DNA of 64,000 bases, from IMG/VR virus record IMGVR_UViG_3300007754_000002. The stretch is one strand, 5' to 3'. Source of the stretch: an uncultured virus (IMG/VR IMGVR_UViG_3300007754_000002) (taxonomy: Duplodnaviria > Heunggongvirae > Uroviricota > Caudoviricetes). Each line of letters starts with the position of its first letter. Positions within the stretch are counted from its first letter, which is position 1. A program made the position numbers and the translations under genes. Shown piece by piece: positions 9,562 through 20,900 of the stretch. The notes beneath the pieces were generated by a model, which saw nothing but the letters and a program-made list of their open reading frames with translations, was not told where the DNA came from and ran no database searches.

Positions 9562-10901
9562 CGAGCGATTTCTTCCTCAACCGAAGGGGCAGACCCCTCC
9601 TCATCCTCTACCGGCAGAGGCGGCAGGGTGATATAGATCCCCGTCTCGTCGAAGCCCGGGATCTGATACCGGGTTGTGAGGATCTCCTCCCCAAAGGCCC
9701 CCTTGGTCTGGATCCGCAGAGCAGCCCCCTCAGGGAACCCAAGCGAAGCACGGTCCAGAAAAGCGAGCTGGCGAGCGGTGGGGGCATTCACCGGACTTCC
9801 CATGAACGACCCATAGGACCATCCGGGGTGCTCCACCTGAAGCCTCTCGTCCTTATAGGTCCCCATATTGACCTTGAAAGCCGCGTGACCTGGATCCAGG
9901 TAGCCCCGACTGAGCAGGAGACGGAGACCCTCCGAGCCGTGCTCCCGGATCCAGTCCTGGGCGAAGGCGGCCTTCTTCTGCTCCACGAGCTTCTCGATCG
10001 CCAAAGAAGCCTTCCTTGAGGGGTCCGGCCTCACCAGATCCAACCACACCTCAGGGACCTCAGCGGGGTTCGTCAGCGTCAGGAGCAACTCTCGCTGTTT
10101 CCGCAGCACACCACACTCCGGGAGAGCCAGGGCTTCCTCCGGGGTCACGATCCCCTTCAGCCGGGGGTAGCTCACGGTGATGTTCAACACCTGATCGCAT
10201 TTCTGGATGTAGCGAGCGATCTGAGCCCTGGCCTTCTTCGCCAGCCACTCCGCCTTGAGAGCCGCGCACTCCTCTCGGAGACCCTCACTCTCCGCCTGGA
10301 GGCGAGCAGCTTCCGCCTTCTGCCAGTGGAGGAGGGCAGCCGCAGACTGAACGCGGTCGAACTCATGAGCAGCCCCCTCGATCTCCCTGAGAGAGGGGCC
10401 GTAGAACGTCGCGTAGGAGTTGCCCCGTCGCTCTTTCTTCCAAGCCTCCTCATCGAAGATCTTGTAGCCGGTGACCCGAGCCTTGTAGGTGTCCAGGGGC
10501 TCAAAGTGCATGTCCACCCGCGTCCCCACAGGGAGGACCGCCCGGCCGCTCTTCCCTGAGAGAGCCGCTTCCGCCAGCTCAGCCCAGGTCTCCGCGTCCA
10601 CGATCTCCCGGGTGGTGTTCCCTACCCGGGAGGGGTTCAGGGTCGCCGTCAGGGCGTCCACCGCTTCCTTCAGGGCGTCCACCGACGCCCCCAGGGACTC
10701 ATCCTCGGAAGCCCCCTGAATCGCCGTAGCGACCCCCTGAAGGGCCTCCGCGAGGCTGGGCTCCAGGGGAACCGGCGGTGGCGAGGGAGAGACCAGGATC
10801 CGCTGGACCTTGCCAGCGTTGAACCCGGCGGCCAACGCCGCCGTTCGACCCTTGGCGTTCAGGAAGTAGATCAGTTCGATAGTCGCGAGGTTTCTGGTCA
10901 T
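9540..10901 (-). CDS. Hypothetical protein
   Basis: 453-aa ORF downstream of the promoter motif at 10921; first gene of the MoxR/vWA unit. Confidence 0.75.
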   Translation of the reverse strand: MTRNLATIELIYFLNAKGRTAALAAGFNAGKVQRILVSPSPPPVPLEPSLAEALQGVATAIQGASEDESLGASVDALKEAVDALTATLNPSRVGNTTREIVDAETWAELAEAALSGKSGRAVLPVGTRVDMHFEPLDTYKARVTGYKIFDEEAWKKERRGNSYATFYGPSLREIEGAAHEFDRVQSAAALLHWQKAEAARLQAESEGLREECAALKAEWLAKKARAQIARYIQKCDQVLNITVSYPRLKGIVTPEEALALPECGVLRKQRELLLTLTNPAEVPEVWLDLVRPDPSRKASLAIEKLVEQKKAAFAQDWIREHGSEGLRLLLSRGYLDPGHAAFKVNMGTYKDERLQVEHPGWSYGSFMGSPVNAPTARQLAFLDRASLGFPEGAALRIQTKGAFGEEILTTRYQIPGFDETGIYITLPPLPVEDEEGSAPSVEEEIARWAEANS

Positions 10902-10941
10902 TCACTGCTCCGTTGGACCGTATACGAGCGGGCTGGGAAAT

Positions 10942-11613
10942 TTATCGGGCTTTTTTGGGATCGTGGATAACGCAGAAGTCGCGTTGCCTCCGATTGCCGT
11001 CAGACAGGAATCGGCAGTCGTTCCCTACTCCACCGATGTAGAGGCCGCTCTTCTGCGAGGTGCAGTACCCGGGCCACCCCATCCCGCCCTCGCGCTCTGG
11101 GGACCTCCGGAGCCTCTCCGGAACGGGTTGGATAAACTCGCCCCTGGTGAAGAAGGGGTGTCCGAAGACGCCCTTTTCACATGACTTGCAGGTCGCAGGC
11201 GAGTCATCCGCGGCGTGGCAACTCAGGTGCCCGCACTTCATGTAACGGGTAGGCTTCCCCTTCTTCTGAGGGGGCTTTTCAGGCTCGGGAGTAGGCTCAG
11301 GTTCAGGTTCCTTCACGGGCTCGGGGGCTGGTTCCGGAATAAGCTCCGGAGTCGCGACCGCGACCACGAAGTAGGAGCGATTCCCTTGATCCTCCACTTG
11401 AAACAATCCGAGGGAGACCCCTCGGTCGATCACTTGCTGGTAGAGGGCCTGCCGAAGCCTCTTCTTCCCAAGCCAGGGGCCCACCGTCTTTCTCCACGAA
11501 GAGACTGGACGGCGGCCAGGATGGGTCTTGACGGCTTCCGCGAGCCGCCGGGCGGCGGCCTCGATCGCGTCTCCCGCTGGAGGGAGGTCACTGAGTAGTT
11601 CTTGAATGCTCAT
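10942..11613 (-). CDS. Hypothetical protein with PE linker and Cys/His-rich C-terminal domain
   Basis: PEPAPEPVKEPEPEPTPEPE linker; CGH...CKSC...C...C...C; start approximate. Confidence 0.6.
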   Translation of the reverse strand: MSIQELLSDLPPAGDAIEAAARRLAEAVKTHPGRRPVSSWRKTVGPWLGKKRLRQALYQQVIDRGVSLGLFQVEDQGNRSYFVVAVATPELIPEPAPEPVKEPEPEPTPEPEKPPQKKGKPTRYMKCGHLSCHAADDSPATCKSCEKGVFGHPFFTRGEFIQPVPERLRRSPEREGGMGWPGYCTSQKSGLYIGGVGNDCRFLSDGNRRQRDFCVIHDPKKAR

Positions 11614-12093
11614 CGAAACCCTCGGGGAGGACTTCCGAGACCACGGGGGCCAGGGCTTTACGAGAACGAGTGTCCATTTTTGAACTCCGTACCTAGCCAG
11701 AGATTACCGGCTATCGTGGTATACGAGCCACCCCGGAAATGTTACCGCCTTTTCCGATTCCGGTTCGATCTCCGCTGCTCCTCCTGCATTCCGAGGAGGT
11801 CATCGATCATGGCGTCCACCTGGGAGACGACCTCCTGGGGGATGCTTCGGGTGTGGGAGACAGACCACAGGTGGAAGATGCCTGCCACGGAAGACCAGAT
11901 CTGGACCTCAGTAGGGGACGGTTCGGGGGTGTTGTCGAGCCGGGCACACCACGCTCGGGTTGCTCGCCGCCACTCCGCTCGGGCACGAGACAGATTCTCG
12001 TCAGCCCACGCCTTGAGGGCGTCCTGGTTCTTCCGGTGGAGGGCGCGAGCCCGGCGATCCCAGCGGATCGCGAGGTCTCGGACAGGGACAGAC

Positions 12094-12944
12094 TCAGGCA
12101 TGGTTCTGCTCAGGGTTCGGGTCAACAAGGAGCCTGACCTCCAGATCGGGGCCGTGCTTCGCCTGGAGGGCCGCCAGATCGTTCCCGGTGTCGATGACCC
12201 GGTACCGCCACTCCGGGAGTGTGGGGGCCCACACGCCGTACCGAGGGATGGTCACAGTGAACGGCGACCCTTCCGAACGGAAGTTGTGCTGATCACCCAG
12301 ATCGGTGATGTGCTTCGGAGGCTTCATCCCCGATCCTCACCCTGAAGGGTGAACCAACCCGGAGGATTGGCAGAAGTCCGAACCAGCCGGATCACCTTGT
12401 CCTCCAACGGGGACAGGATCTTCCGGTGGGCCCGGTCGTAGTCGTGCTGGCGAAGCAGGTCACTCGCCACCACCTCCACCTCGGTCCCCACGGGACCGTA
12501 GTACAGACCGTGCCCATAAAGGTCGCAGACCTCGCGGGGGAGATAAACGCTCTTACTCTTCGCCATGGTAACTCTCCAGCTTACTCCTCTATACGACCAC
12601 CCCTGAGAAAGTTACCGGATTCTCGGCCCCCCTGGAAAGAGAGGGAAGCCTCTTTCAGCGGCAGCGAGTTTGCGGGCGATGTTTTGGAAGAGCCGGTACC
12701 ACGCCTCAGCGTGTCTCTGGGGCATCGCTTGAATGGACGCCTGTACTGAGGGATGGGCCCCCCCTGCGTACTTCTGAAGCTCGCGACGGAGATAGCCGCG
12801 ATAGCCTGGGGCTCCTTCCTCAGCCGCACACACAATGAGGAAGGAGCCCGGATCGAGGCCCTTAGCTCGCTTCCTGAGATCAGCGGGGGTGCCACGGGTG
12901 GTGCTCAGGGTCGAGTCTTTCGCGACGATGAGTAAATGCGTCAT
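12094..12944 (-). CDS. Three small hypothetical proteins (12612..12944, 12324..12566, 12094..12327)
   Basis: Promoter motifs at 12952 and 12590-12616; ATGA overlap at 12324-12327. Confidence 0.6.
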
Positions 12945-13030
12945 GCCTCTATATACGAGAGGTCAGATGAATATCCGGGAAGTTTCCAAAGCAGGCTCGT
13001 ATAGGGTTGCATCAGCACTTGGAGCAGCAA

Positions 13031-13264
13031 ATGACAGCGACCACGGTTCTCGGGCTCCTTATCCTCATCCTGGGGGCCTTCATTAGCCTGCTGGCTTTCC
13101 TCGGAGCCGCCAAGAACATGCAGCGGAGTGACCGCTTCGGTGACGTCGGCGGCGAGGGGTTCAACCGTCACATCGGCCAGATGAAGATGCTGGCGGTGGG
13201 CGGCTTCGTCGCCTTCATCGGGCTGGTCCTCGCGGGGGGCTCTTTCCTATCGGCAGTGTTTTGA
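13031..13264 (+). CDS. Small two-TM membrane protein
   Basis: Two hydrophobic helices; promoter motif 12977-13003 and GGAG upstream. Confidence 0.65.
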   Translation: MTATTVLGLLILILGAFISLLAFLGAAKNMQRSDRFGDVGGEGFNRHIGQMKMLAVGGFVAFIGLVLAGGSFLSAVF

Positions 13265-13779
13265 CCCCCGCAGAGTTGCTGGCTCTGAAGCAGAGCATGA
13301 TGCACGCGAAGGTGGCTGATGCGTGGGAAGTGTTCAACGACACACGCAACGCCACCGCGCGAGGAATCAGCTACTCGATCGGAGCCCTCGCTCGGATGAC
13401 CCCGAGCGAGGCGATCGGGGTAAACCTGGAGCTTACTCTGAACGACAAGCAGGGTGTCCGATCTGTGGTCGCGCTGGTCCACCCCCGCAGCCGACCGACA
13501 ATCTCCCGCCGCTTCTATCTGGAGTGTGAAGGGTTCGACGAGGAAGAAATCGACAAGATCCTCTCTCAGGAAAGAGAGGCTCTCGCTGTCTACGAAAGCG
13601 GGGTCACCTGGACTTGGAGGGCCTCCTACCGCTGGCACACCCGGTGGAAGAAAGGCGACCCGGAATCAGATCGCCCCTTCGGCTACGCCCGCTCTCCTGC
13701 GGAAGCGGTCGCCGCTTGCGATCGGTTCCTTGAAGCCGCAGGCTGGGCTCTCATCCACGCCCCTCTCCCCACCCTTTAG
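13261..13779 (+). CDS. Hypothetical protein
   Basis: 172-aa ORF overlapping the previous stop. Confidence 0.6.
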   Translation: MTPAELLALKQSMMHAKVADAWEVFNDTRNATARGISYSIGALARMTPSEAIGVNLELTLNDKQGVRSVVALVHPRSRPTISRRFYLECEGFDEEEIDKILSQEREALAVYESGVTWTWRASYRWHTRWKKGDPESDRPFGYARSPAEAVAACDRFLEAAGWALIHAPLPTL

Positions 13780-13931
13780 AGGTCCCCATGACCGTACTCA
13801 TCCTCGGAATCATCCTCGCAGTCATCTGCGATTACTTCGGGGCGACTGTCGGCCTCTACGCCAGCGGGTTGATCTGCCTCTTCGGGTTGATCCTGACCCT
13901 CGTTCAAGCCCTGGATTCCTGAGGACTCTTC

Positions 13932-14447
13932 ATGTCCGACGCCCTGCTCACATCTCTGAAAGAGTGGCTCCAGCAAGCGGCCGATTTCCGGCAGGAGACC
14001 CAAGACCTCATCGCACGAGGGCAGGGCCCCTGTCCTGGTGGGCCTGGGGATCAGGATCTCCAGTGTGACTTCTGCTGCGAGTACACCCTGGACGAGCTGA
14101 TCAACTGCAAGAGCTGTCGCGGTCTCGGTGTAGACACCAAGAAGCCTGGATGGAACCCCTGCGAGGCGTGTGACGGGGCGGGGAAGGTGCCCCGTGTTCA
14201 CAACCTGGGCGACAAGTGTCTCGGGGACAGCGAGATGGCTCCCTGCCCTGGGAAGCTGCGGTATCGGTACGGGGCTGCCTGGAAAGGGGACCACGACTTC
14301 ACCGGGGGCTCCTGTCTCCGCTGCCACGGACTCGCCCCGCATCTCTACACCGGAGAGGGGCCCTACGCTAGCGTCGAAGAGCAGGAGATCGAGATCACCC
14401 TGTCCGAATCCGCGGTTCGGAAGATCGTCGCCGCACTAGAGAGGTAA
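13932..14447 (+). CDS. Protein with DnaJ-type CxxCxGxG zinc-finger repeats
   Basis: CKSCRGLG, CEACDGAG, CLRCHGL; GAGG RBS. Confidence 0.65.
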   Translation: MSDALLTSLKEWLQQAADFRQETQDLIARGQGPCPGGPGDQDLQCDFCCEYTLDELINCKSCRGLGVDTKKPGWNPCEACDGAGKVPRVHNLGDKCLGDSEMAPCPGKLRYRYGAAWKGDHDFTGGSCLRCHGLAPHLYTGEGPYASVEEQEIEITLSESAVRKIVAALER

Positions 14448-14474
14448 CTTTCTACAGGCGGCTCGTATACTCCC

Positions 14475-14957
14475 GTGTCCGACCTCACTGGAGCAGGAAT
14501 GAGACGCAAGGGCTACGAGTTCAAGCGAGCCGACCATCTCACTTACCGGATGTACGATCCGGAGCGGGACGCCGATCGCCACACGTCGGGATCGGAGCCG
14601 GGGTCAGGCTCCTATGTCGTGATCGTCTCCTACAAGAAGTGCGGTCAGTCGGGTCCCTGCTCCTACTGCGGAGCCGCCTCGGAGTCGGCTTGTCAGGCTC
14701 AGGGGTGTCTCTGGGATCCGCGGGTGACCCAATACGACGTGGGACAGGCACCGTGTCTCCCCTTCGCCTGCTGGTCGCGTACCAACATGCTCTACGGGAA
14801 GTGGCGGAAGAACAAGGAAGGGACCGGCCGGTGGTTCCGAGGGGGGGATTCGACAAACCAGTGGTGTGAGACCTACTGGACCTGTCCGGTCTATTGGGTC
14901 GAAGGGGGCCGAGTCTACACTTCGACGGCGTATCGGAAAACAGACCCGGAGGCTTAA
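14475..14957 (+). CDS. Cys-rich hypothetical protein
   Basis: Follows the perfect promoter motif at 14443-14469; start may be at 14499. Confidence 0.6.
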   Translation: MSDLTGAGMRRKGYEFKRADHLTYRMYDPERDADRHTSGSEPGSGSYVVIVSYKKCGQSGPCSYCGAASESACQAQGCLWDPRVTQYDVGQAPCLPFACWSRTNMLYGKWRKNKEGTGRWFRGGDSTNQWCETYWTCPVYWVEGGRVYTSTAYRKTDPEA

Positions 14958-14999
14958 TAGTCCTCCTATCCCGCGAGGCGGGTAGAAAGTCTTTCCTCT

Positions 15000-17900
15000 G
15001 TGAGCTTCCTGATGACCACTGAGAACGCCCCCGCCCAGCCCCGAATTGCTTCCCAGGACGCGGGGGCAGGACACCTGCTCCTCATTGACCTGTCCGCATT
15101 CTTCATCGGCTTCCAGGCATACGCAGACGTATCTCGTGAGAGTGGGGGTGGTAGCCCTACGCTGACTCAGCGTGGAGTGGTACTCATCAAGCGTTTCCAG
15201 CCGCTCCTGATCCCGCAGATGGAAGCTGTGCTGGGTCCTCTGGTGGATGAGGACGCTGCATTTGCACGTCTCCGCCCGCAGTACCGCCGAGCGATTCTCG
15301 CGAAGCGTGGAGCCGAGCAGGCAGCAATCCAAGCCGGTTTTCTGAAGGAGGTCTTCATCCTCCTGAAGAGGCGGCCCGAGCGGTTGCGTCAGGTCTTCAC
15401 CGGGAAGGCGTCCAACGGAGCTATGAAGCTGGGGCGGACGGTTGCCCAGGGAGATCCTCGCTCAATCCTCAACCAGCTCGCTCTCCTGCCCCCGATGACC
15501 AGCCGCCGGGTTCTCCGGAAGTGGCTCCGTGAGGCCGCAAAGGAAGTGGGGGCCGCTCCCAGCCCGATGGAAGCCCTGATTTCGGACGTGTCTGAAGCGA
15601 AGGACATGGGAGCCCGACTCCGGGACCTCGCGGCTCGGATCACGGCTGCTCGGGAGGCTGGTCGCGAAGAAGAAGCCGCTACTCTCGCGGAGGAGCGGGC
15701 CGGTCTAATGGCAGCGGTCAACGAGGCGGCGGAGGAGTCTTCCGCTCCTGCGGCGGTTCTCGGGGCGGCTGCTTCCGCAGCGACGAGCGATCCGGGCCAC
15801 TCCTATGAGACGGAGATTGGCAAAAAGGTCAATCTGACCCCGGAACAGGAAGCTGCCATGATGGTTCGGGGCCGCGGGATCATCGCGGCGGGTGCCGGGT
15901 CGGGGAAGACCCGTGTCCTGGCGGCGAAGGTCTTCTGGCATATTGACTCCGGGAATATGTCTCCCAGCAACGTGCTCGCGACTTCCTTCACTCGGAAGTC
16001 TTCCGAGGAATTGATTCGTCGGATCGAGGACTACGGGACTTCGATCGATCGCTGGGCTCGCGACGGGTTCGGGACCACGCACAGCATCGCAGGGAGGATG
16101 CTCAACCAGATCGCTCCCGGGTTCCGGCGTCCGGAGGGCTACATCGGGCCGAAGGAAAACTGGAAGCATGTGACCATTCTCCGGCTCGCGATGGAGCAGG
16201 TCCAGATGAGCGTCCCGGGCATCCGCCCACCGGCCCCTCGCGGCTTCTGGGATGAGGCGGTCGCATCAGCTTCATCCCTTGCTGATGAGCAGGCCAAGGA
16301 AGATCTGGCCGAGGCGTGTACCACGGCGATCGGATACTTCCAGTGGATCATGAACCAGGGCTGGTGGAGCCGCGGCAACAAGAGTTTTGGTCGAGCCCCG
16401 GACATGGTTCAATTCCTTCAGCACATCCGGGGGAAGCATCCCCGAGAGCTGAAGGACAACGAGAAGAAGGCCGCCAACAACATCTTCAAGAAGGCAAAGA
16501 GGTACAGGAAGCCGCTGCGCTACCGTGTAGCAGCCACCAAGAAGGCTCCTGTGACTCCCGCTCCTGAGGGGAAGGTCGCGGCTCCGGTGAACTTCCCGGC
16601 TCCGGACAACGGGGAGGGTGATTCCCCTGGAGGGAAGGGAGCGAAGCTCAAGGAGTACAAGTTCTACAACGTGCCGGCGGAGCAGTGGTTCAACATCGGA
16701 GCCAAGCTCATTCAGGAGGATGACAAGGGCGGAGAGGTCCCTGTACCCCTGGGCGTCTTCAAGAACTTCATCTCAATCGCGAAGGGTCAAGCGGTCACGC
16801 CTTCCCAGGCATGGGCGAATGGGATCGAGGGTGTGGTGCAGCCTGAGAGTGACGAGGCTGCCGTCTACGGGGCTTATGAGTGGCTCAAGGGGAACGACGG
16901 GGAGCCGAAGTTCCAGAACCTCGGTGACATGACCGATCTCTTGATCGACACGGTCTCTGCTCTGGTGGGCTCTGAGAGGGTCCGCGGGATGGTCCAGAAC
17001 CGCTTCAAGGTGGTGATGGTCGATGAAGCCCAGGACTTAAACAAGTGTGTCCACGGGGACACCGAGGTCCAAACCCCAGATGGACCCAAGACTGTCCGGA
17101 ACCTTCAGGAGGGCGATCAGGTGCTCTCCTATGAAAACGGGAGGGTTCTCTACAACCGCGTGCGGGAGCGGGTCCCTAGCTCCTGGGAGCGGGGGTACAA
17201 GGTCCACCTGTCTACGGGTGAGACCCTAGCCATGTCCCCGGACCACCGCATCTACGCGACCCCTCTGGATGGGTGCCGTGAGGGGGAGATGGCTCTTTAT
17301 CTCATGTACCGTAAGGACATGGGATTCCGCATCGGAACCTCCGCCCGCTTGTTTGAGAACCGGGGGACCTCTCAGGGGCGAGCAGCTCAAGAAGGGGCCG
17401 ACTGTGCCTGGATTCTGGAGATCGGCACTCCCGAAGAGATGCTCTTCAAGGAGCAGGCTCTATCCCTGACCCACGGTGTGCCCACCTACATCTTCGGGGG
17501 TACCGCTCGTGGGTGTGATCAAGATCGCATCAACCAACTGTTTCAGGAGTTCGGTGAAAACGGACGAGATCTGCTCGGCCACTACGACCTGAGTTTTGAG
17601 CACCCCCATTGGGTTGCCTCAGCCGCTGAGCGTGGTCGCAAGAACCGACAGGTGGTGAACTTCTGTGCCCACCGCAACAAGAGCGGTCAGCGGGGTTCCC
17701 ATGTCTCTATGACCTGGACTAACGGCGACTTCGACCTCAATATTCCGGTCTACCAGATCAAGGAGGGCCGCAAGATGGCGGCTCGTCTCACCGTGGACTA
17801 CGCCGCTGGCCGGGCAGCAGCTCTGGATATCGCTCGACGGACAGGTGCCTTCGTTGTGGAGTCATTGAGCCTCCACAACGAGAAGCTGCCGCTGGTCACA

Positions 17901-20900
17901 GCATCAGCCTTGTTCCCTGGCATGAAAGTGCCCGTGTGGCGTGGTGGGGTGGACCTGAAGACCATGCTCCCCATCGAAGACTACAAGGAGATCGCTCGTC
18001 GGTTGGAGGTCTCCTTGGACGATGTGGGCGGCTCCCGGAATACAGGCAAAGTCGAGATCCACACCTTCCTCCGAGACCTTCAGATTCAACGAGGTGTCCG
18101 AGACATACTGCCGCCAGTGGACGGGGCTGTCGTGGACCTAGTGGAGATCGAGCAGGTTGAGCAGATCGAAGGCGGGGACTATTGGGATATCTCTGTGGAG
18201 GGAGCCCATAATTTCTTCGGCAACGGGGTTCTTTCCCACAACTGCCAGCACATCCTCTTCGGACTCATCGCCGGCTACTACGACCACCTGACTCAGGAGC
18301 CCCGCGAAGACAAGCAGATGACCGCGGACACCTACTGCTTGATCGGGGACGACAAGCAATGTCTCGAAAAGGGGTCAATGATTTCAACGCCTTCGGGCAG
18401 GGTCCCTCTCCACACCTTGTCTGAGGGGGATTCGGTTCTGTCTTATCGCAACGGGCAGATCGTTCCCCAGAACCTTCGCCACATGGTCCAGAGCACCTGG
18501 ACCTGGGGATACAAAGTCACGTTGGCCGATGGTCGGACTTTGACCATGAGCCCAACCCACAAGTTGTGGTCCACAGCGGCCCCCACCCCAGGGAAGGTCA
18601 TGGTGTACCTGATGCACCGCTCAGACCTGGGGTTCCGCATCGGCATCACGAACAAGGGGTGGGCCAAGCGAGGGACCGGCTACCTGAAAGGATTCGGGGG
18701 TCGCGCCTTCACAGAAAAGGCCGAAAAGCTGTGGGTGCTCAACGTATGCGACACCCGAGAAGAAGCTCTCTTGCTAGAGTCGTCCCTGTCACTGGAGTGG
18801 GGCATCCCTACGTGCGTGTTCAATGGGGAAAAGCGCGGGCTGAATCAGGACCGTATCAACACCATCTTCCAACGGTTCGGGGGTAACGGAGCCCGACTCC
18901 TGGAAGACCGGCATCTTAAGGAGAGCCTGCCTCATTGGTCCTCACAAGGGTACACCAAACATGGCCGGGGCCGTTCCGTCGTCCAGTTGACGGCTCATAC
19001 GGCTCAAGGCACTCAAGTCACCCTGGAGTGGCCCGATGACAGTCTTGACGAGCGGGTCGCCCATATCCCCCCAAGTCGAAAGGGGAATGTGTACACCATT
19101 CGGTCTGATGGTGGTCGCAGGATTCGACGATACTTCCCCAACTACAGGGAAGGGCTCCGGTTCGCAGAAGCCCTGGCGGAAGCCGTGGGTGGCTTTCTAT
19201 CCCACCAACTGAGCACGTCAGAAGGCAAGATCACTTACCTGACGGCTTCGGCTCTCCTAGTTGGGATGCAATTGGCTGTGGACGATGGTGAGGGCGGCCT
19301 AGACCTCATGACTATCACGGATATCGAGAAGACCAAGGGCGAGTTCATTGATGTCGATGTGGAGGATGCCAGCAACCTGTTCGCAGAACAGATTTTGGTT
19401 TCCAACAGTATTTACGAGTTCCGGGGAGCAGACCCCAAGGAATTCATCAACAAGTCCGACATGACCCCTGGTGGCGATCAGTTCAGCACTCGACTGATCA
19501 CCACGAACTTCCGTTCAGGCAGCTCGATCGTCAACTCCGCCAACAGCCTGATCGCCCGGAACACGGCGCAGGGGCAGCAGATCCCGATGACCTGCAACGC
19601 CTTCCCGGGGAGGAAGGGCGAGGGAGAGATTCTGCGTCGGAGTGCCGCGAGCACCTCTGATGCAGCGGTCCAGGTGGCTGAAGAGATCCAGGGTAGGATT
19701 CAGGATGGTCTTGTTCCTCCGCATGACAAGAGGAAGGGCCACGGCGGCTATGCCCACTTCGGTGTCGCTGTCCGGAGCAACCGGGAGGCTTACGAGTACG
19801 GGATCGAGATGCTCAAGCGTGGCATCCCGTTCAAGAGCAAGGCTCGGTTCTTCAACGACAAGTATAGCAAGGCGATGATCGGGTGGATGACCCTGGCTGA
19901 GGGTCGGTCGGCCGAGGAAGAGAATCAGGCGTTGCTGGATGCTCTGGCGGCTCCGTTCTCCAAGGTCTCACCGAAGACACTTCAGGATCGGCTGAGCAGG
20001 GTGGATGGACGGTGGGCGGACCAAATCCAGAAGCCCACGGTCCGCCGGAGGGTCTACCGTCACCCCACCGCGTTGGAGCGGCTGGAGAAGTTCGCGAAGA
20101 ACGTGAAGAAGGCGAAGGCTGCCTCAGGTAGCCCAGAGGAGATTCTCAACGAGATTCTGGACCTCGTCGGGATCGACGAGCAGGACTTCAAGAACGCCTT
20201 GATCACCGCAGTCCGGGAAGACGCTGACCGGATGGCTGAGCTGGAGGCGGCGGCTGCCGGGGACGTCACGGAAGACGCTATCATCGAGGAAGCCCTCGCC
20301 CCCCTCGCCCCCCTGCTGGGGCTCTTGAGGGAGAAGGAAGACCTCAATGAGGCGATGGGCTTCGTCCGCCGGCTCAAGAAGGTCAATGACAAGATCTCCT
20401 CGGGTGACGACGTAGATGACCTGGACAGGGATGCCGTGACCATCGGCACCATGCACTCGTGGAAGGGGCTGGAGGCCCCGGAGATGTTCATCCCGATGGT
20501 CGCGGGCAAGTTCCCCCGGGTCCCGAAGGGTGAGGAGAAGGCTCCTGAGGGGCCTGCTCTCTGGGCGGAGCGGAGGCTCGCCTATGTCGCCATTACCCGA
20601 GCAGAGGATCGGGCGATTCTGATGGACATTCCGAGCACCAACCCGAAGGCGAGGGTTCACGCCAGCCAGTTCTTTGAGGAAGCCTGCATTCCGATTCAGG
20701 GTATCAGCGGCGGCGAAGATGAAGAGGAGGTCCGCGAGGCTTCCATTCAGGAAGAGGAGCCTCAGGGGCAGCCGGAAGCGGGCCCGGCTCCCGGAGAAGA
20801 GATGGACGAGGACGCGATCCTCGACCTGATCGACGCCGTGGACAAGATGCCGGAAGACCTCCCCAAGGGGTCGGAGCCTCTTCCGGAGGCCCCCGAAGAC

